Positions 38,651 through 52,485 of a stretch of DNA of 61,423 nucleotides are shown one piece after another. The notes under the pieces are model-generated. The model saw only the letters and a list, made by a program, of their open reading frames with translations, did not search any database and was not told the origin of the DNA. Position numbers and translations under genes: made by a program. Each line of letters starts with the position of its first letter. Position 1 is the first letter of the stretch. Origin of the DNA: Ginglymostoma cirratum (lineage: Eukaryota); the NCBI GenBank assembly GCA_024137785.1, contig JAHRHZ010000092.1, positions 874,029 through 935,451 of the forward strand. The letters run 5' to 3'.

Positions 38651-40225
38651 TCGTTAATGATGGAAAAGTACAATACACCAGTGCAAAGTTAAGGCTGAAG
38701 AATTCACAGCAATCTCAAAAATGCTAGGTGTATTAACTTAGCTTCCTCCAGTGGTCCCCAGCATTACAGAAGAGTCTTTAGCCAATTTGATTCACTCCAA
38801 GTGATATCAAAAAATGGTTGGAGGCACTGGATACTGCAAAGATTACATGCCCTGACAACGTTCCGGCAGTAGTCCTGAAGACTTGTGCCCCAGAACTTGG
38901 TGCTCCCCTAGCCAAACTGTTCCAGTACAGTTACAACGCTGGCATCTACCTGGCAATGTGGAAATTTTGCCCAGCATGCAGCGTACACATAATGCAAGAC
39001 CGTTCCAACCCAGTCAGCTATCGCCCCATCAGTCTATTGACCATCCATAAGCAATGGAAGGGATCATCAACAGAGCTATCAAGCAGCATCTGTTCAACAA
39101 TAATCTACGGAATGACACCAAATTTGAGTTCCGCCACGACCACTTAATTCCTGACCTCATTAGAGGTTTGCTTCAAACATAAACAAAAAGCTGAATTCCT
39201 GTGGTGAGGCGTGAGTGAAAGCCCTTGACACCGAGACTGCATCTGATGAATCATGGCATCAAAGGGCCCTAGCAAAAGTGGAATCAGCAGACATCAGGGA
39301 GCAAAGTCTCCACTGATTGGAGTCATAACTGGCACATACAAAGATGGTTGTGACTGTTGGGGGTCAGTCATCTCAGCTGCAGGACATCTCTATAAGAATT
39401 CCTCAGAGTAATGTCCTAAGCCCAACCATTTTAAATTGCTTCATCAATGACCTTCGCGCCATCATAATGTCAGAAGTTGCAATATTTGTCAAGACTGTGC
39501 TCTGGTCAACATCATTTGTGACTCCTTAGATACTGAAGCAGTTCATGTTCAAATGCAACAAGATCTGGACAATATCCAAGCCTGGGCCAGCAAGTGGCAA
39601 GTAGCATTCATGCCACACAAATGTCAGCCAATGACCATCTTCAACAAGAGACAATCTAACCATCGACCCTTGGCAATCAATGTTATTACCTTTTGCTGAA
39701 TCCCCTACTATCAGCATCCTGGTGGTTACCGTTGAACAGAAACTTAACTGGACTTGCCATTTAACAGTAGCTAAAAGAGCAGGACAGAGGCTAGGAATAC
39801 TCTGGCAAGTAACTCACCCCCTGACTCCCCAAAATCTGTCCACTATTTAAAAGGCATAAGTCAGGAGATTATTGGAATACTCACCATTTTTCTATAATGG
39901 GTGCAGCTGTAACAACACCCAAGAAGCTTGACATCATCCAGGACAACACAAACCTATTGATTGGCACCTGATCCACAAGCCTCAACTCCATTTATCATCA
40001 ACACTAAGTAGCAGCAGTGTGTACTATCTACAAGATGCACTGCAGAAATTTACCAAAGCTCCTTGGACAGCACCTTCCAAACCCTCAACCATTTCCATTT
40101 AGAAGGACAAGAGCAGCATATACCTGGGAACACCATCACTTTCCAGTTGCACTTCAAGTCACTCACCATCCTGACTTGGAAATACATTACAGTTCCTTCA
40201 CTGCTGCTGGGTCAAAATACTGGAT
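38250..40225 (+). mobile_element. Degenerate non-LTR retrotransposon (CR1/L2-group RT)
   Basis: PDNVPAVVLKTCAPELGAPLAKLFQYSYN...YRPISLL; PQSNVLSPTILNCFINDL. Confidence 0.75.
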
Positions 40226-41537
40226 TTTTGACAGTTTACCATTACAGGATATCCTTGACCCTGACCACAAGTCATGTCTGCAGCTGCAGAAATGCCTGTT
40301 TATTGCCCTAAATGCCGTCCCTATTGAATATTTTACAATATTGTTCTTCCTTTCCTTTGTACTCCTTCTTTGTGCAACTGTGCTCTGGCTGTATTTTCCA
40401 CAGCAATGATACTCTCACATTTTCCAACACACACAATCTATTACTGAGTGAAACACAATCTGGGTCTTTCCAGATTACCTGCCTCCCACTCTTCTAAATT
40501 AGACAGGTGCTGCCAAAATTTGATCTCCATGCTCAGACAATGAAGCAGATGAGAGACACATCACTTTATATCTGAACATTTGCATGGTCCATTTTTTCCA
40601 TGGCTGATGCACTCCAGGCAAAATCACACCTAAAGGCATCAGGTGGGTGTTTGGAGGGAGAGTTGACATCTGATGTCACCACCTCTCAAATTCCTTTCAA
40701 ATCATTGGAGCAAATATAAGGATCAGATGCGTGAGTCGGATACACCTCATTCTAGAGTTGAACCAATTAATAATCAATGTAACTGCTTAGAGAATGAGAC
40801 CTGGGGAAAACATGTTGTTTGTAAAGTGCATAGAAATGATCAATAGAATAGACAGAACATTCAATGCTCTGCGACTTTCATCCTCACTGACAGATCAATA
40901 CCTACACTCATACCTCCAGCATCAAGACCCACTAACCTAAACCATGACCTTCCCTCCATTGTGTGGTCAAAATGGACATGTTCACAATGTTCGGAAGCAT
41001 TTTTCCTCACTTGAAAAGCTGAATAACCTTCTCTCAATTCATTTTATGCTTATTCTGGACAACTGTGTTTTCTAATCTTAGTCCTCCTACTGTTGCTCGT
41101 GTTGAGGAACAACACAGTCAGTGATAGATCCCAATTGTTTCTTCTACCAAAGAGAAAAGCAGAAAGTGCTTGTGCTCGGAAGAAAGATCATACTGGACTC
41201 AAAGTTAACTCTGTTCCTCTCACCATGGATGCTGCCAATCCTGATTCTGCATCACTTACTGTATTTTGTTTTGTTTGTTTCTTTCAGATCTCCAGTATTT
41301 GCAATTATTTGCTTTAATTGTTTTTACTGGATTACAATCCAGATAGTCACAAGCTCTCAGTTCTGATATTATCCTTGTAAATGTAAATGTAGGTTCCTCA
41401 ACTGTCTCAATAACTAAACTTTCACTATTGTACTAGCCAGTCTCTTCTTACAAACAGGTATTTGCTGAAAAATAAAATGAAAAATGCTGCAGGATTGCCT
41501 GGCTCTGTGTTTACACTTATTTCCTGCAGCCTTTGAG

Positions 41538-41574
41538 GGTTTATGTTGAGCTGCTCTCTTTCTGAATCACTGTG
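41538..41574 (-). other. Degenerate RSS (CACAGTG-21bp-ACATAAACC)
   Basis: + GGTTTATGT 41538-41546, 21-nt spacer, CACTGTG 41568-41574; flank resembles the 53838 RSS. Confidence 0.85.
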
Positions 41575-42051
41575 GAAATTCAAGGTAGTACATGGCAAAT
41601 GATTAGCTCAGAGGGTGGAAGTCTTTAGGCTTGAATCAGAGCCACTCAGTCTCTTGGCAGTGAAACTGTCTGTCTCTCCCTTTGCAGTCATGCTTTGTGC
41701 AGTTGTAGAATAAAGCATCAGCTGCAGCTCCTTCCCCTGGCTTTGTCTGTACCAGAGCATCATAACTGTACTCTTTCCTTGAACCTTGTAGTTCAGATCC
41801 ACTCCATCCCCAATTAGTTTGGAGACAATTTGGGGAGTCTGGTGGACGGTCGCATCTGAGAAAGAAATCAGGAGAGGAAGAGATCAATAAACAGGGACAG
41901 CCTCCTGGTGGAGCAGAAAAGGAAATAACATTTGAAAGAAAGAACAGAGAAAGAAATGGTAAAAGATCAGTGATACAAAAATCATTGCTTCAAAAGTCAC
42001 TCACATTGGTACACAGTTGTGAGAGTCAGCAGCAGGGTATATCTTCAACAT
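41575..42051 (-). pseudogene. TRBV: TRBV pseudogene (V2): leader 42051-42005, V exon 41855-41575
   Basis: 47-nt frameshifted leader; exon ATVHQTPQIVSKLIGDGVDLNYKVQGKSTVMMLWYRQSQGKELQLMLYSTT...FTAKRLSGSDSSLKTSTL*; first Cys now Tyr, premature TGA, second Cys lost. Confidence 0.92.
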
Positions 42052-42200
42052 CGATATTTTCTTGTAACAGGGAAATAAACAAAAGAAAATTAGTCTAGAG
42101 TTCTTGTGCATCAAACCATCTCCTTTCAAGCCCCTATACAGAGAGATGAAGGGCCCAAGAAATTGTTGTAAGTATGAACATGCTCCTCCTTCACTGATGG

Positions 42201-42773
42201 TGATCATGTTGCAGCTGTACAAAAGTCTGGTGTGGCCGCACTTGGAGTATTGAGTACAGTTCTGGTCACCGCATTATAGGAAGAATGTGGAAGCATCGGA
42301 AAGGGTGCAGAGGAGATTTACCAGGATGTTGCCTGGCATGGAGGGAAGGTCTTATGAGGAAAGGCTGAGGGACTTGAGGCTGTTTTCGTTAGAGAGAAGA
42401 AGGTTAAGAGGTGACTTAATAGAGACATACAAGATGATCAGAGGATCGGATAGGGTGGACTGTGAGAACCTTTTTCCTCGGATGGTGACAGCTAGCACGA
42501 GGGGACATAGCTTTAAATTGAGGGGTGCTAGATATAGGACAGATGTCAGAGGTAGATTCTTTACTCAGAGAGTAGTATGGGCATGGAATGCCTTGCCTGC
42601 AGCAGTTGTAGACTCGCCAACTTTAAGGGCATTTAAATGGTCATTGGACAAACATATGGATGATAATGGAATAGTGTAGGTTAGATGGGCTTCAGATTGG
42701 TTTCACAGGTCGGCGCAACATCGAGGGCCGAAGGGCCTGTACTGCGCTGTAATGTTCTATGTTCTATGTTCTA
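42201..42773 (+). mobile_element. 5'-truncated CR1 LINE
   Basis: ERVQRRFTRMLPGMEGRSYEERL...; (GTTCTAT)n tail; TGATGG duplication at 42195-42200 and 42774-42779. Confidence 0.9.
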
Positions 42774-43334
42774 TGATGGCAAGCCACACCCACCTCTGAA
42801 GGACTTTCTTTCACACTGGAGCCAAGGAGATCTTGAGGCAAAATGGTAGTACCCCTACTTCTGAACTAGGAGGCTTGGTTTAAATCCCACCTGCTTCAGA
42901 GGTGTGCAATAACATTGATTAGAAAATACTTACTGGAATATAGTGGGATCTTGTAGTGCATTGGTAGTCTCCCTGCATCTGAACTCAGAAGCGCTAGGGT
43001 GTCTGGAACATAGCTGCTTACAGCTGCTGCAGGAGGAGGACCTTGGTCAGTGGAGCCTAGAAGACTGAGTATAATAGAATCATAGAATCTCTACAGAGCA
43101 GAAAGAGGCCATTTTGTCCCTGCAATGCCCTTCCGAACATCATCCCACTCAAAACCAGAACCGGTCCTGATCTTATCCCCAAATCCCCTCACTATCCACA
43201 GCTAATCCATCTAGCTTGCACATCCCTGGACACTACGGGGCAATATAGCATGGCCAATGCACCTAACCTGCATCTTTGGACTGTAGGGGCAGCCAGTGGA
43301 AACACATGCTGGTGTGGGGAGAACATGACTCTGT

Positions 43335-43600
43335 GATGCTGTTGTTGCTGCTACCTGTATGTAAGGGTAATCCTGCTGCCTGGGCCCACTGAGAACGTTG
43401 TTAGTGATGCCTTGGCCTCCTTCATCTGTTGCTGCCTGGGCCGCTGAGACTTCTACAGCTGTGGCTGCCTGGGTCCATGAGAGACAATGTTGCTGTTGCT
43501 GCCTGGGCCCACTGTAATTGTGTTGCTATGGTTGCCTGGGCCCACTAAGACAATCTGCTGTGGTTGCCTGGGCCCACTGTGATGGTGCTGCCTATTGCCT
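43335..43600. repeat. Degenerate minisatellite (unit core GTTGCTGCCTGGGCCCACTG)
   Basis: About 7 imperfect copies spaced ~30-40 bp. Confidence 0.7.
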
Positions 43601-45294
43601 GCTGCCTTGTCTCGGATCATTTCATTTCTGTTCTTCCCTATCAAGAAGTGGGCGTGGGTTTCTGTACAATGGCAACCCAACAGTAAGGTCAGATGTGGCA
43701 GAGCCCAGCTGTTCCGATGTTGTTGTAGCTGCCATTGCTGCTTGAGCCCCAAATGTGGCACCATTTACCCTTTAAATAAAAAGCCTCAGAATGAAGAGCT
43801 ATGTCCATCCAGACGTATTCATTGAAGCCTGGCAGACATTGTCCGATCTCAGCAATTGTTGTGGCCTCAAAAATGCACAGCAAGACTGTTTTCTACCTGC
43901 AGTCTGTGTGGGAGGTGCATGTAGCCCTCAAGAAAGGGCTCACTGTGAGCGGGACACTTTGGACATTGTCACACAATGGTTAGTAATCTCCAATCTCTCA
44001 GCCTTTGTCAGTGAGCTCCTCCTGCCCGATTTGTGCCACCTCAGGGAGTTGAGGTCAGGGATGGTACTGATCCTGTTGAGGTTGACAGAGAACAGCCTCT
44101 AGCATGTTTATTCCTTCCGTGCTGGTTCTTCATTAGCATGGCCTGGGAGGGCATGTTTCAAGGGGTCTTCACTGTGCCCCGTGAGGGCGTTGCCTACCAC
44201 ACCTTCTGGACGGCACAACCATCTCTGTTTAGATATGGGGCACTTCAGGAAAAATTGGCCGATATCCAAGGTCATCAAAGGCACATTGACAGGCACTGGT
44301 GGCACTGCCTTGACCAATACACTCCATCTAAAACTTCTGGGGCACCATTAGTGGGGCCTGCAATAGAAGTCACCACAATTACACTTTCTGGCAGTGAGGA
44401 GGCAGAACTTCCACCTGGAAGGAAGGCATAGTGCAAGATGTATCACCTGGAGGTGGCCTCCCAAAACCCATTCCATCATACCCCAGAGTCTGTCAAATTG
44501 GCCATGAAATCCAAGTCCTGGTCCATGTTCCCCCAGTGTCCAGTGACACAGCCTGTCAGGTGCCTTGTGGGTGAGATAGGTCCACTGGTTATATTGCCAC
44601 CCACCTCCCGGTGGTATGTCTGACTCCTGCGACATCAGCCGTGTAACTCATACTGCTTAATTGGGTGACGGTGAGGAGAAAGGGGATTTTCTCTCTCCTT
44701 CTCAGAGATTTTTACCTGGTGCCTCCGTCTTGGGAGGGACTTGTTCCACAAGGGGCAGAGTGACCCACCGTAGGAGAGGAGCTGGATGCTGAGTCTCTGC
44801 CACCTGGTAACTCCAAACCTGCCCTAATGGAGTCCACCAAAGAAACCCCTGCTAGTGACCCTAGGGAGGCAGTGACCATGGGGTAGTGAAGGCAGCTGAT
44901 GACACCAAACCATAGCCCCCATTCTCATAGTGGCAGAGGGATCAGGGCTGAAGATGACAAGCCAGAATAGGATAAAGGCTCAATGATGGACACTGTGAGG
45001 GTAATGTGAAATTGATCTTCAGCGAGGTTATGGGCTCCCTAGTGCCAACCACTGAGCTCCCTCTCAGCACATTGAAGAATTCTGGGAGTTTCTGGGAAAA
45101 ATAAGGATCATTGCTGCAGAGGTCAGCTGGCCCCTTCAGATAGCCTTGAATCTGGCCTTTTTGTTCACCCGGGAAGTTCACATTGCCCCCAGAATGATCA
45201 GAGACAGTTCAGATCATTCTTCAATGGGCCCCTTCGGGAGTTAGGTTACTGTTGAGGGTAAAGGTAGAGGTTGCACAGTGCCATCAACATTGAG

Positions 45295-46300
45295 TCATAG
45301 AACTATAAAGCATGGAAACAGACCCTTCAGTCCAACTCGAACATGTCAACCAGATATCCTAAGTTAATCTAGTCCCATTTTCCAGTTTTTCACCCATATC
45401 CCTCTAAACCCTATTATTCGAGTACCCATCCAGATGCCTTTTGAATATTGCAATGGTACCAGCCTCCATCACTACCTCTGGCAGTTCGTTCCATATGTGC
45501 ACCACCTCTGTGTGAAAAGGTTGCCCCTTAGGTCCCTTTTAATCTTTTCCCTCTTACCTTAAACCTATATACTGTAGTTTTGGACTCCGCTAACCCAGGG
45601 AAAAAACCTTGGCTATTCACCCTATATATGCCCCACATGATTTTATTAACTTCGACAAGGTCACCCTCCAACTCTCCAGGGAAATTAGCCACAGCTTATT
45701 CAGCATCTCTCTATAGCCCCAAACCCTCCAACCTTGGCAACATCCTTGTAAATGTTTTCTGAACCCTTTCAAGTTACATTACATCCTCACTACAGCAGGG
45801 AGACCAGAACTGAATGCAGTATTGCAAAAGAGGCTTAACTAATATCCTGTATGGCTGCAACATGACCTCCCAACTCCTATACTCAATACACTGACTAATA
45901 AAGGCAAGCAAACCAAATGTCTTCTTCACTGCCTGTCTACCTATGACTCTACTTTCAAGGAACTATGAAATTGCCCCCCCCCAACGTCTCTTTGATCAGA
46001 CCCCCAGCACGTTACCATTAATTATTTAAGTACTGCCCTGATTTGTCTTTCCAAAATGCAGCACCTCACATTTAACAAAGTTAAATTCCATCTTCCGCTC
46101 CTCGGCTCATCTGATCAAGGTCCCGTTTTACTCTACAGTAAGCTTCTTGGCTGTCCACAACACCACCAATTTTGGTGTCATCTGCAAACTTACTAATCAA
46201 ATCTCCCACATTCACATCCAAATCACTTATGTTAATGTCAAAAATCAGTGGACCCAGCACCAATCCTTGCGGCACACTGCTGGTCACAGGCCTCCAACAT
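45295..46300 (-). mobile_element. CR1 LINE fragment
   Basis: SSVPQGLVLGPLIF...ISKFADDTKIGGVVDS. Confidence 0.85.
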
Positions 46301-46319
46301 GAAGAAAATCCTAGCCAGA

Positions 46320-49300
46320 CTCAACATTAATGGCAGAGGAAGCTATATTATAGGTTCCAGAACTTCTTGGTGCTCTGGGACAGAGGTTATGTGATGTACT
46401 GCCTGCAAGAAACTCACACCACCCTGGGAGAAAAAGCCACCTAGTTCCAGAAGTGACAGGGAGAGTTCTACATGAGTCACCTCACCACCAATTCCAGCAG
46501 GCTGGCCACGTTATTGGCTCCACCTTTCAGCCAGAAATTTTGGGAGTCAAGGAAATGGTGCCAGGCCTGTTAAGTTGACGATGTGGGGCTTCAATTTGTG
46601 AATGTGTTCACTTCTTTTGGTCAGAATGAGACAAATTCTCTTCTTTGAAGGAGCGAATTTGCCTCCATCAACAAAAGGCAGTGCATTACTCTCATGGAAG
46701 GTTTTAATTGTACCCTCGAGGAGTGGTACCACAGTGGTGCACAGGATGGTCTAGTGTTGAGGAAGAGGTTGAGGGACATTGTCAAGTCCTTTGACCTCGT
46801 GGACATCTGGTGATATTTGCAACCTGACTCCATCACCTTCATTTTTGTGAGGTTGGCGTTGGAGCATCAATCATTGACTGCCTGAATATTACATGGACAT
46901 ACATCCTGCACTCTGGTTGCCTCTGTGTGACAGGTGTGCTGTGCATGGATCATCACCACGTGGACGGAGCTCACCCTGCTCCATACCTGGCCAGGATCCA
47001 TGTACTCAGAATTTAACAACCTGTTGCTGGAAGATGAGCAATTCTTCAGGGATTCATTCCATTGTTTCTGGCTAGCTGGAACAGGAAGCAGGATGACTTG
47101 TTCTATTTGAGTCTGTGGTGGGACTTGGGAAAAACTCATGTTTTCTGTCAGGGGTCTGTAATGGGGCTTGACAAAGAAGTGGAAATCAGAATCAAGGAGG
47201 TGGAGAAGGAGATGCTTGACCTGGAGTCACATCTCATTCAATAAGGACACAGCTCTGCAGAGAGTGTACAGGTAGAAGGAGGGAATGTTAAGGGAGCTGC
47301 AATTCATTAGATCCCAAGATGCATACATGAAATCATGGGTCCAGTTTCTTGAAGACCTGGACTGTGGTTCTCCCTTCTTCTATTCATTGGAAAAAGTGTT
47401 GGGGTGGGTGAGCCGTCAGCAGCTCCATGTGCTGCTGTTCAACATAAATCTACAATCTGGAAGGCATCAGGACACAGGCCAAAGTCTATTTGACCATTCT
47501 GTTGTCTCCAGATCCATCCAGCAAGGACGTTCACAGACTTCTGTAGGAGAACCTGCAGCAGGTTGGCCCAGGGAAGGTCAGGGAGCTCAACACTGCCATC
47601 ACTTTAGAAGAGCTAACTCCGTGCCCTTGAGGGGTAAGAATCTGGGGCTGGATGGACTGACTGTGGAGATCTGTGCTCTGTAATGTTGTGCTCTGTAATG
47701 TTCTAGAGAACAACTTTGTGCAGGTCATGGGGGGATGTTTTGTGGCAGGGAGATTCTCTTTTCTTGCCTCGGGGTGGTCATCATCCTCCTGCCAAATAAG
47801 GGGGACCTTCATTTACTAAAAGAACTAGCATTCCCGTCTCCCTCCTCAGTATGTATTACAGGATTTTTGCCAGGGTGTTGTAATCTCACCTTGGATTAGT
47901 ACTGGACCACATGATCCACTACAACCAGTCTTAATTGGCACTGGGCCCAAGCTTCCACAACAATGTCCATCTAGTCTAGGACCTAATCCACTTTTCCGAG
48001 AAGATAGATCTGTCTAGTGCCTGCCTTTCCCTTGATCAGGATAGGGCATTTGACAGGGTGAATAACGAGTATCTATTCAATACTCTGTGAGCATTTGAGT
48101 TCAGATCTGACTACTGAATGCCACTGCAGAGTGTCTGATTAAAGTTAATGGGTCCCTTTGCTTTGGAAGACAAGTGTGTTAGAGATGCCCCTTGTTCAAC
48201 CAGCTGTATTCCCTGCACTTGGAGACTTTCCTGTGCCTCTTGTGGAAAAGATTGTCAGGACTGATGCAATGCAGATTGGCCGTGGGGGTTGGCTCTTTCA
48301 GCTTACGCTGATGACAAGCGTTCACCAACCTAGCTGCCCTGGGAGGATGTGTGAGTGCCGGGCAGTGTACTCAGCTATGTCTTCTGCCAGTATCAACTGG
48401 ACCAAATGTTCCAGATTCCTGGTCAGGCCATGGCAGATGCATACTTTGCTGGAGGAGATACAGGGATTTAACTGAAGCACCACCTATCGCCTCAATCTAG
48501 GGGTCTACCTCAGTCAGCTGAGGAATGCTGGCTGGTGAATGCCAGGAGCTTGAGGCCAAAATCTTCACTCAACTAAGCTGCTGGTCAGGACTGCTCCAAG
48601 TGCTATCTCACAGGAGCCGAGTTCTGGTTACAAACCAGCTGGTCACTTTGACCACTCCCCCTGGTTTTGGCACTAAAGTCAGAAGCTGGTTCACTTCTTC
48701 TCGGAGAAGATGCAATGGGTCACTGGAGAGGTTCTGAGTCTCCCCATTAAGTAGAGTGGTCAGTTGTTGGCGTGTCTGTGTATCTGTCAGGACTGATTGT
48801 GACTTTCCATCTTCGGACCCTGCAGGAATACCTTTACATTGAGCCTCCTCCCACATGGCACGCTCCAGTGATGTATTTCTTCTGCCAGTGTGCAACCTCA
48901 ATTATGACGTGCAGCTCCTGTACATAGACCGTGAGGGTCTGTCTTTTACCAGAATTGATCAATGTCTAACATGGTTGACTCATGCTGGATCTTCCCACGA
49001 TTAGGAGTAGTGGCTATTCTCAGATAACCACTACTCAGGAATCTGCACCTCCAACTTGCAAGTTCAAGTGGCTAGCAGAGGAGAGCGCCATGGCCACAAG
49101 GGGTGTGCTGGATACCAGAGGCTTGGGCAGAATGTTGGTGCGGAAATTGGCAAATAGGGCAGTGGTGGATTTTGAGCTTGTGGTTGTCGGCAAAAAATTA
49201 GTGGTGCTCAGACCCAGTGTTGTGCACCAGTTGGAGAATGTTCAAGTGTGGGATGGAATCCTATCAGAGTGACTCCCGGCTTGAATGGAATTACACACTA

Positions 49301-49970
49301 TCCCCAGGCTCCTGAACCTCCCTCTCACAAACTGAGCCACTTCATGGGAATGCCGTATGTGACCTTCAACCTGGCATGCAGTTGTGTTTTGTATGGGCTG
49401 CTGATGCATACCATCCACTTTAACTCCTTCGACGGCTGTCCAGACATACTTCAGCATGCTTATTTGCTACCCAGCAGCGGGGATCCCCAGTGGAGGGGTC
49501 CTTTCCATCAGGGACCTAGGGTAGAGTGTGTCGCATACAGCAATCCCATGTAATCGTAAATTACGGTGGTTCATAGGCTCCCAACCGAACTGTTTATTTA
49601 GTGGTGCTGTGGAGTCCATGGATCATAAATGCATTGATTATGGACAATTTCACTCTTTTTCTAGTTACTTGAAAAATCTTTTGTTATATTTTTGGTTACA
49701 TTTCAGCCCCACATTCCTGATCTTTGGGCATCCAGTGTAGAGGTGAATGAGTAAGCCAGAAGACATCCTCGTGGGACTGCTCCTGGGCGTAGCCAAGTTG
49801 GCTACTAACATGTCTGGACTGTGGGCTGTGGAGGGAGTCAAAGCTGATGATTGTCTGCCCCTCTTCCATAGCTACATTTGTGCCTGAGTGTCCTCGGAGA
49901 GTGAGCACACGGGTGTCCAGCAATACTCTCGATGCATTTAGAGTGAAGTGACCACCACAGGGGATTGCAG
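46320..49970 (+). mobile_element. Degenerate L1-Tx1-like ORF2 (APE endonuclease + RT + C-terminus)
   Basis: CLQETH endonuclease motif ~46400; GLDGLTVE; SLDQDRAFDRV; AYADD-like at ~48300. Confidence 0.7.
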
Positions 49971-50757
49971 TATAGAGTCCGACAGCACAGAATCAGGCCC
50001 TTCGGCCCAAACGGGTCCATGACGACCAAAATGTCCATCCACACAAACCCCATTTCCCTGCACTTGGCCCATATCCTTCTAAAACTTTCATATCCACATA
50101 TTCATCTAAATGACTTTTAAATGTTGCTCTGTACCTGCCTCAACCACTTCCACTGGTAACTCATTCCATATGATTCCCTTCAGGCCCTGTGCAAGAGACT
50201 TAATGCAGGGGCCAGGAGAGCTTTGAAGGCCGTGCTCCGATTCTCTGAAACAGCTTAAACAGGGGCTGGACGACTTGTTATTAGTGCTGTGTAATAGTTT
50301 CAAATGGTGTACTGTGGGGCATCTCCTGACCCTGTGTAATAGTCTGGACTGGAATTGAATGAATGAATGACTTCCTCCGGTTCCTATCAGTTATGTTTCA
50401 GACATCGATGAGTTATCTGGTCCCAGCTTTCCTTCTGCTTCTTGTTAGCTTCCTATTTTATACCTATATTCCCTCGATTATTTCATTCAGTCTTTCATTG
50501 TTTCTTCCTATGTTTCTTTGATGCTTAACCAGCTCGTTTTGATAATCTAGTGTAGAATAAGCAAATTCATTGTGCCATCATTACATTCCTGCTCTAATTT
50601 ATTTTATGAAAATCCAGGTTCTGGCTTGAATTACCTGTTAACAGTTCCAAGGGCATCTCATTTCCTTCCTGTCAGAACGTTAGAGAAGAAGCATTGAACT
50701 TTCAATGTTGTCTTGCCAATGATAAAAGACTGCTTAACAGGAACCTTGTAATGGAAG

Positions 50758-50794
50758 ATGTATCTGTTGCTCGCTCTGTTAATCATGTTTCACC
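50758..50794 (+). pseudogene. Orphan TRBV-type leader exon in inverted orientation
   Basis: ATGTATCTGTTGCTCGCTCTGTTAATCATGTTTCACC (MYLLLALLIMFH), 37 nt like other TRBV30-like leaders, ~28/37 identical to 34907-34871; donor decayed to ttaagg. Confidence 0.55.
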
Positions 50795-51129
50795 TTAAGG
50801 GTCTTCACAAATGAAAAGAACTGTGCAATTCAATTTCCTTTCCTTTTGCTGTGGAGGGGTCAGAGGTCAGATGCACCAAAACAACATCGGGGCTTAAAGC
50901 GGAAGTCAAAAGTAAAGACTGCATAAACATCGCTTTCATATCTTTCAATGTAGAATATTGAGGCTGATAAAAATTGGAAAATGCATCTCAGGGTATTTTA
51001 TTTGCAGAAAACGTTCGCTGTCCTGTGAGGAGTCAACAACATAGTGGAGTAAATTTGAAGTTGGAGTTTAGAGGAATGGAAAGTGAAATCACTGATACAC
51101 TAAAGGCTCTGAGCAGGATTTAAAGTTTT

Positions 51130-52485
51130 GGCAACGATCTGTAGCTCGGGTCGTGGATGAGGTTGTTGACTTGCACGCCGAGCTGGCTTGATTTTGTTCA
51201 GACGTTTCCTCACCATGCTAGGTGACATCATCAGTGGAGCTTCTGATGAAGCGATGTTATTCGACTCCGCTTGGAATTTATACTGTCTGGTCCGTTATGG
51301 TGAGTTATGTCATTTCTGGTTTTGGTCCGTATAGGTTTATATATGGGGTCCAATTCTATATGTTTGTTAATTAAAGTATGGGTGGAGAACCATGCCTTTA
51401 GGAATTCCCGTGGGTGTCTAGGTTTGGCTCGGGCTTTCATGGTTTTTTTTGTCCCAGTTAAGCTGACGGTCTTCATTGTCTGAATTAAGATATTAAGGAG
51501 AGTTCATCATGCCGTTTTGTTGCTAGCTGATGTTTGTGTATTCTGATGGCTTGTTTCCTTCCTGTCTGTCCGATGTAACGTTTGTGGCAGTCGTTGCATG
51601 GTATTTTGTAAACCACGTTGGTTCTGCATGTTGTGGGAATGGGGTCTTTAATCCTTGTAAGTGTTTGTGGTAGAGTGGCTGTGGGCTTGTGGGCCACCAT
51701 GATTCCTAGTGGTCTTGGGAGTCTTGTTGTCAGTTCCCATTTGTTCCTGATGTAGGGCAGTGTGGTCAGTGTGTTAGGTCATACTGTGTCCTGTTGTCTG
51801 TTTGTTAGGCATCTGTGGATGAAGTTGCGGGGATATCCGTTTATAGGGAGGATCTTGTATAAGTGTTCTTCCTCTTCCCTGCGTAGTTCCGGAGAGTTCC
51901 AGTGTGCCCTGGGCCCATTTAAATAATGCCCTAAAGCAGCTTTGTTTGTGGAAGTGGGGGTCGTTGCTGTGGAAGTTGGGGGTTTGATCTGTATGGGTTG
52001 CTTTTCTGTACACTGAGGTTTGGAACTCCCCTTTTGTCAATCGTTCTACTTTAACATCCAGAAACAGAAGTTGATTGTTGGTTTCTTCTTCCCTTGTGAA
52101 TTTGATCCCTGTGAATACGCTGTTGATGAGGTGGTGGGTTTCTTCTAATTTGTTGGGTTTAATAATAACAAATGTGTCCTCCAGTACTGGATCCACAGTT
52201 TAGGTTGAATGTTGGGGAGGGTGATGTGTTCTGGTCTTTGCCTGACTGCTTCTGTGAAGAGTCCTGAGACGGGTGACTCCATTGGTGGACCGTTGATCTG
52301 TTCGTATAGTTGACCATTAAAGTGCGTAGACATCAAAACCGGAAATGACATTTCTCACCATAATGGACAGGACAGTATAAATTCCAAGCGGAATAGAACA
52401 ACATCACCTCATTGAAGGCTCCACTGATGATGTCACCTAGCATGGTGAGGAAACGTCTGAACAAAATCAAGCCAGCTCGGAGAGC
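51130..52485 (-). mobile_element. Second-family Penelope-like element with inverted termini
   Basis: RT GQLYEQINGPPMESPVSGLF; GIY-YIG NVVYKIPCNDCHKRYIGQTGR; hammerhead cores at 51201-51234 (-) and 52424-52457 (+). Confidence 0.85.

Noticed and set aside
43335-43600. Spaced repeats as a CRISPR-like array
   Set aside because: Vertebrate DNA, degenerate units, irregular related spacers, no cas genes; a minisatellite
43700-45290. Several 60-130 aa ORFs as a host gene
   Set aside because: No splice structure or recognisable domain; probably the decayed 5' region of the adjacent Tx1-like element
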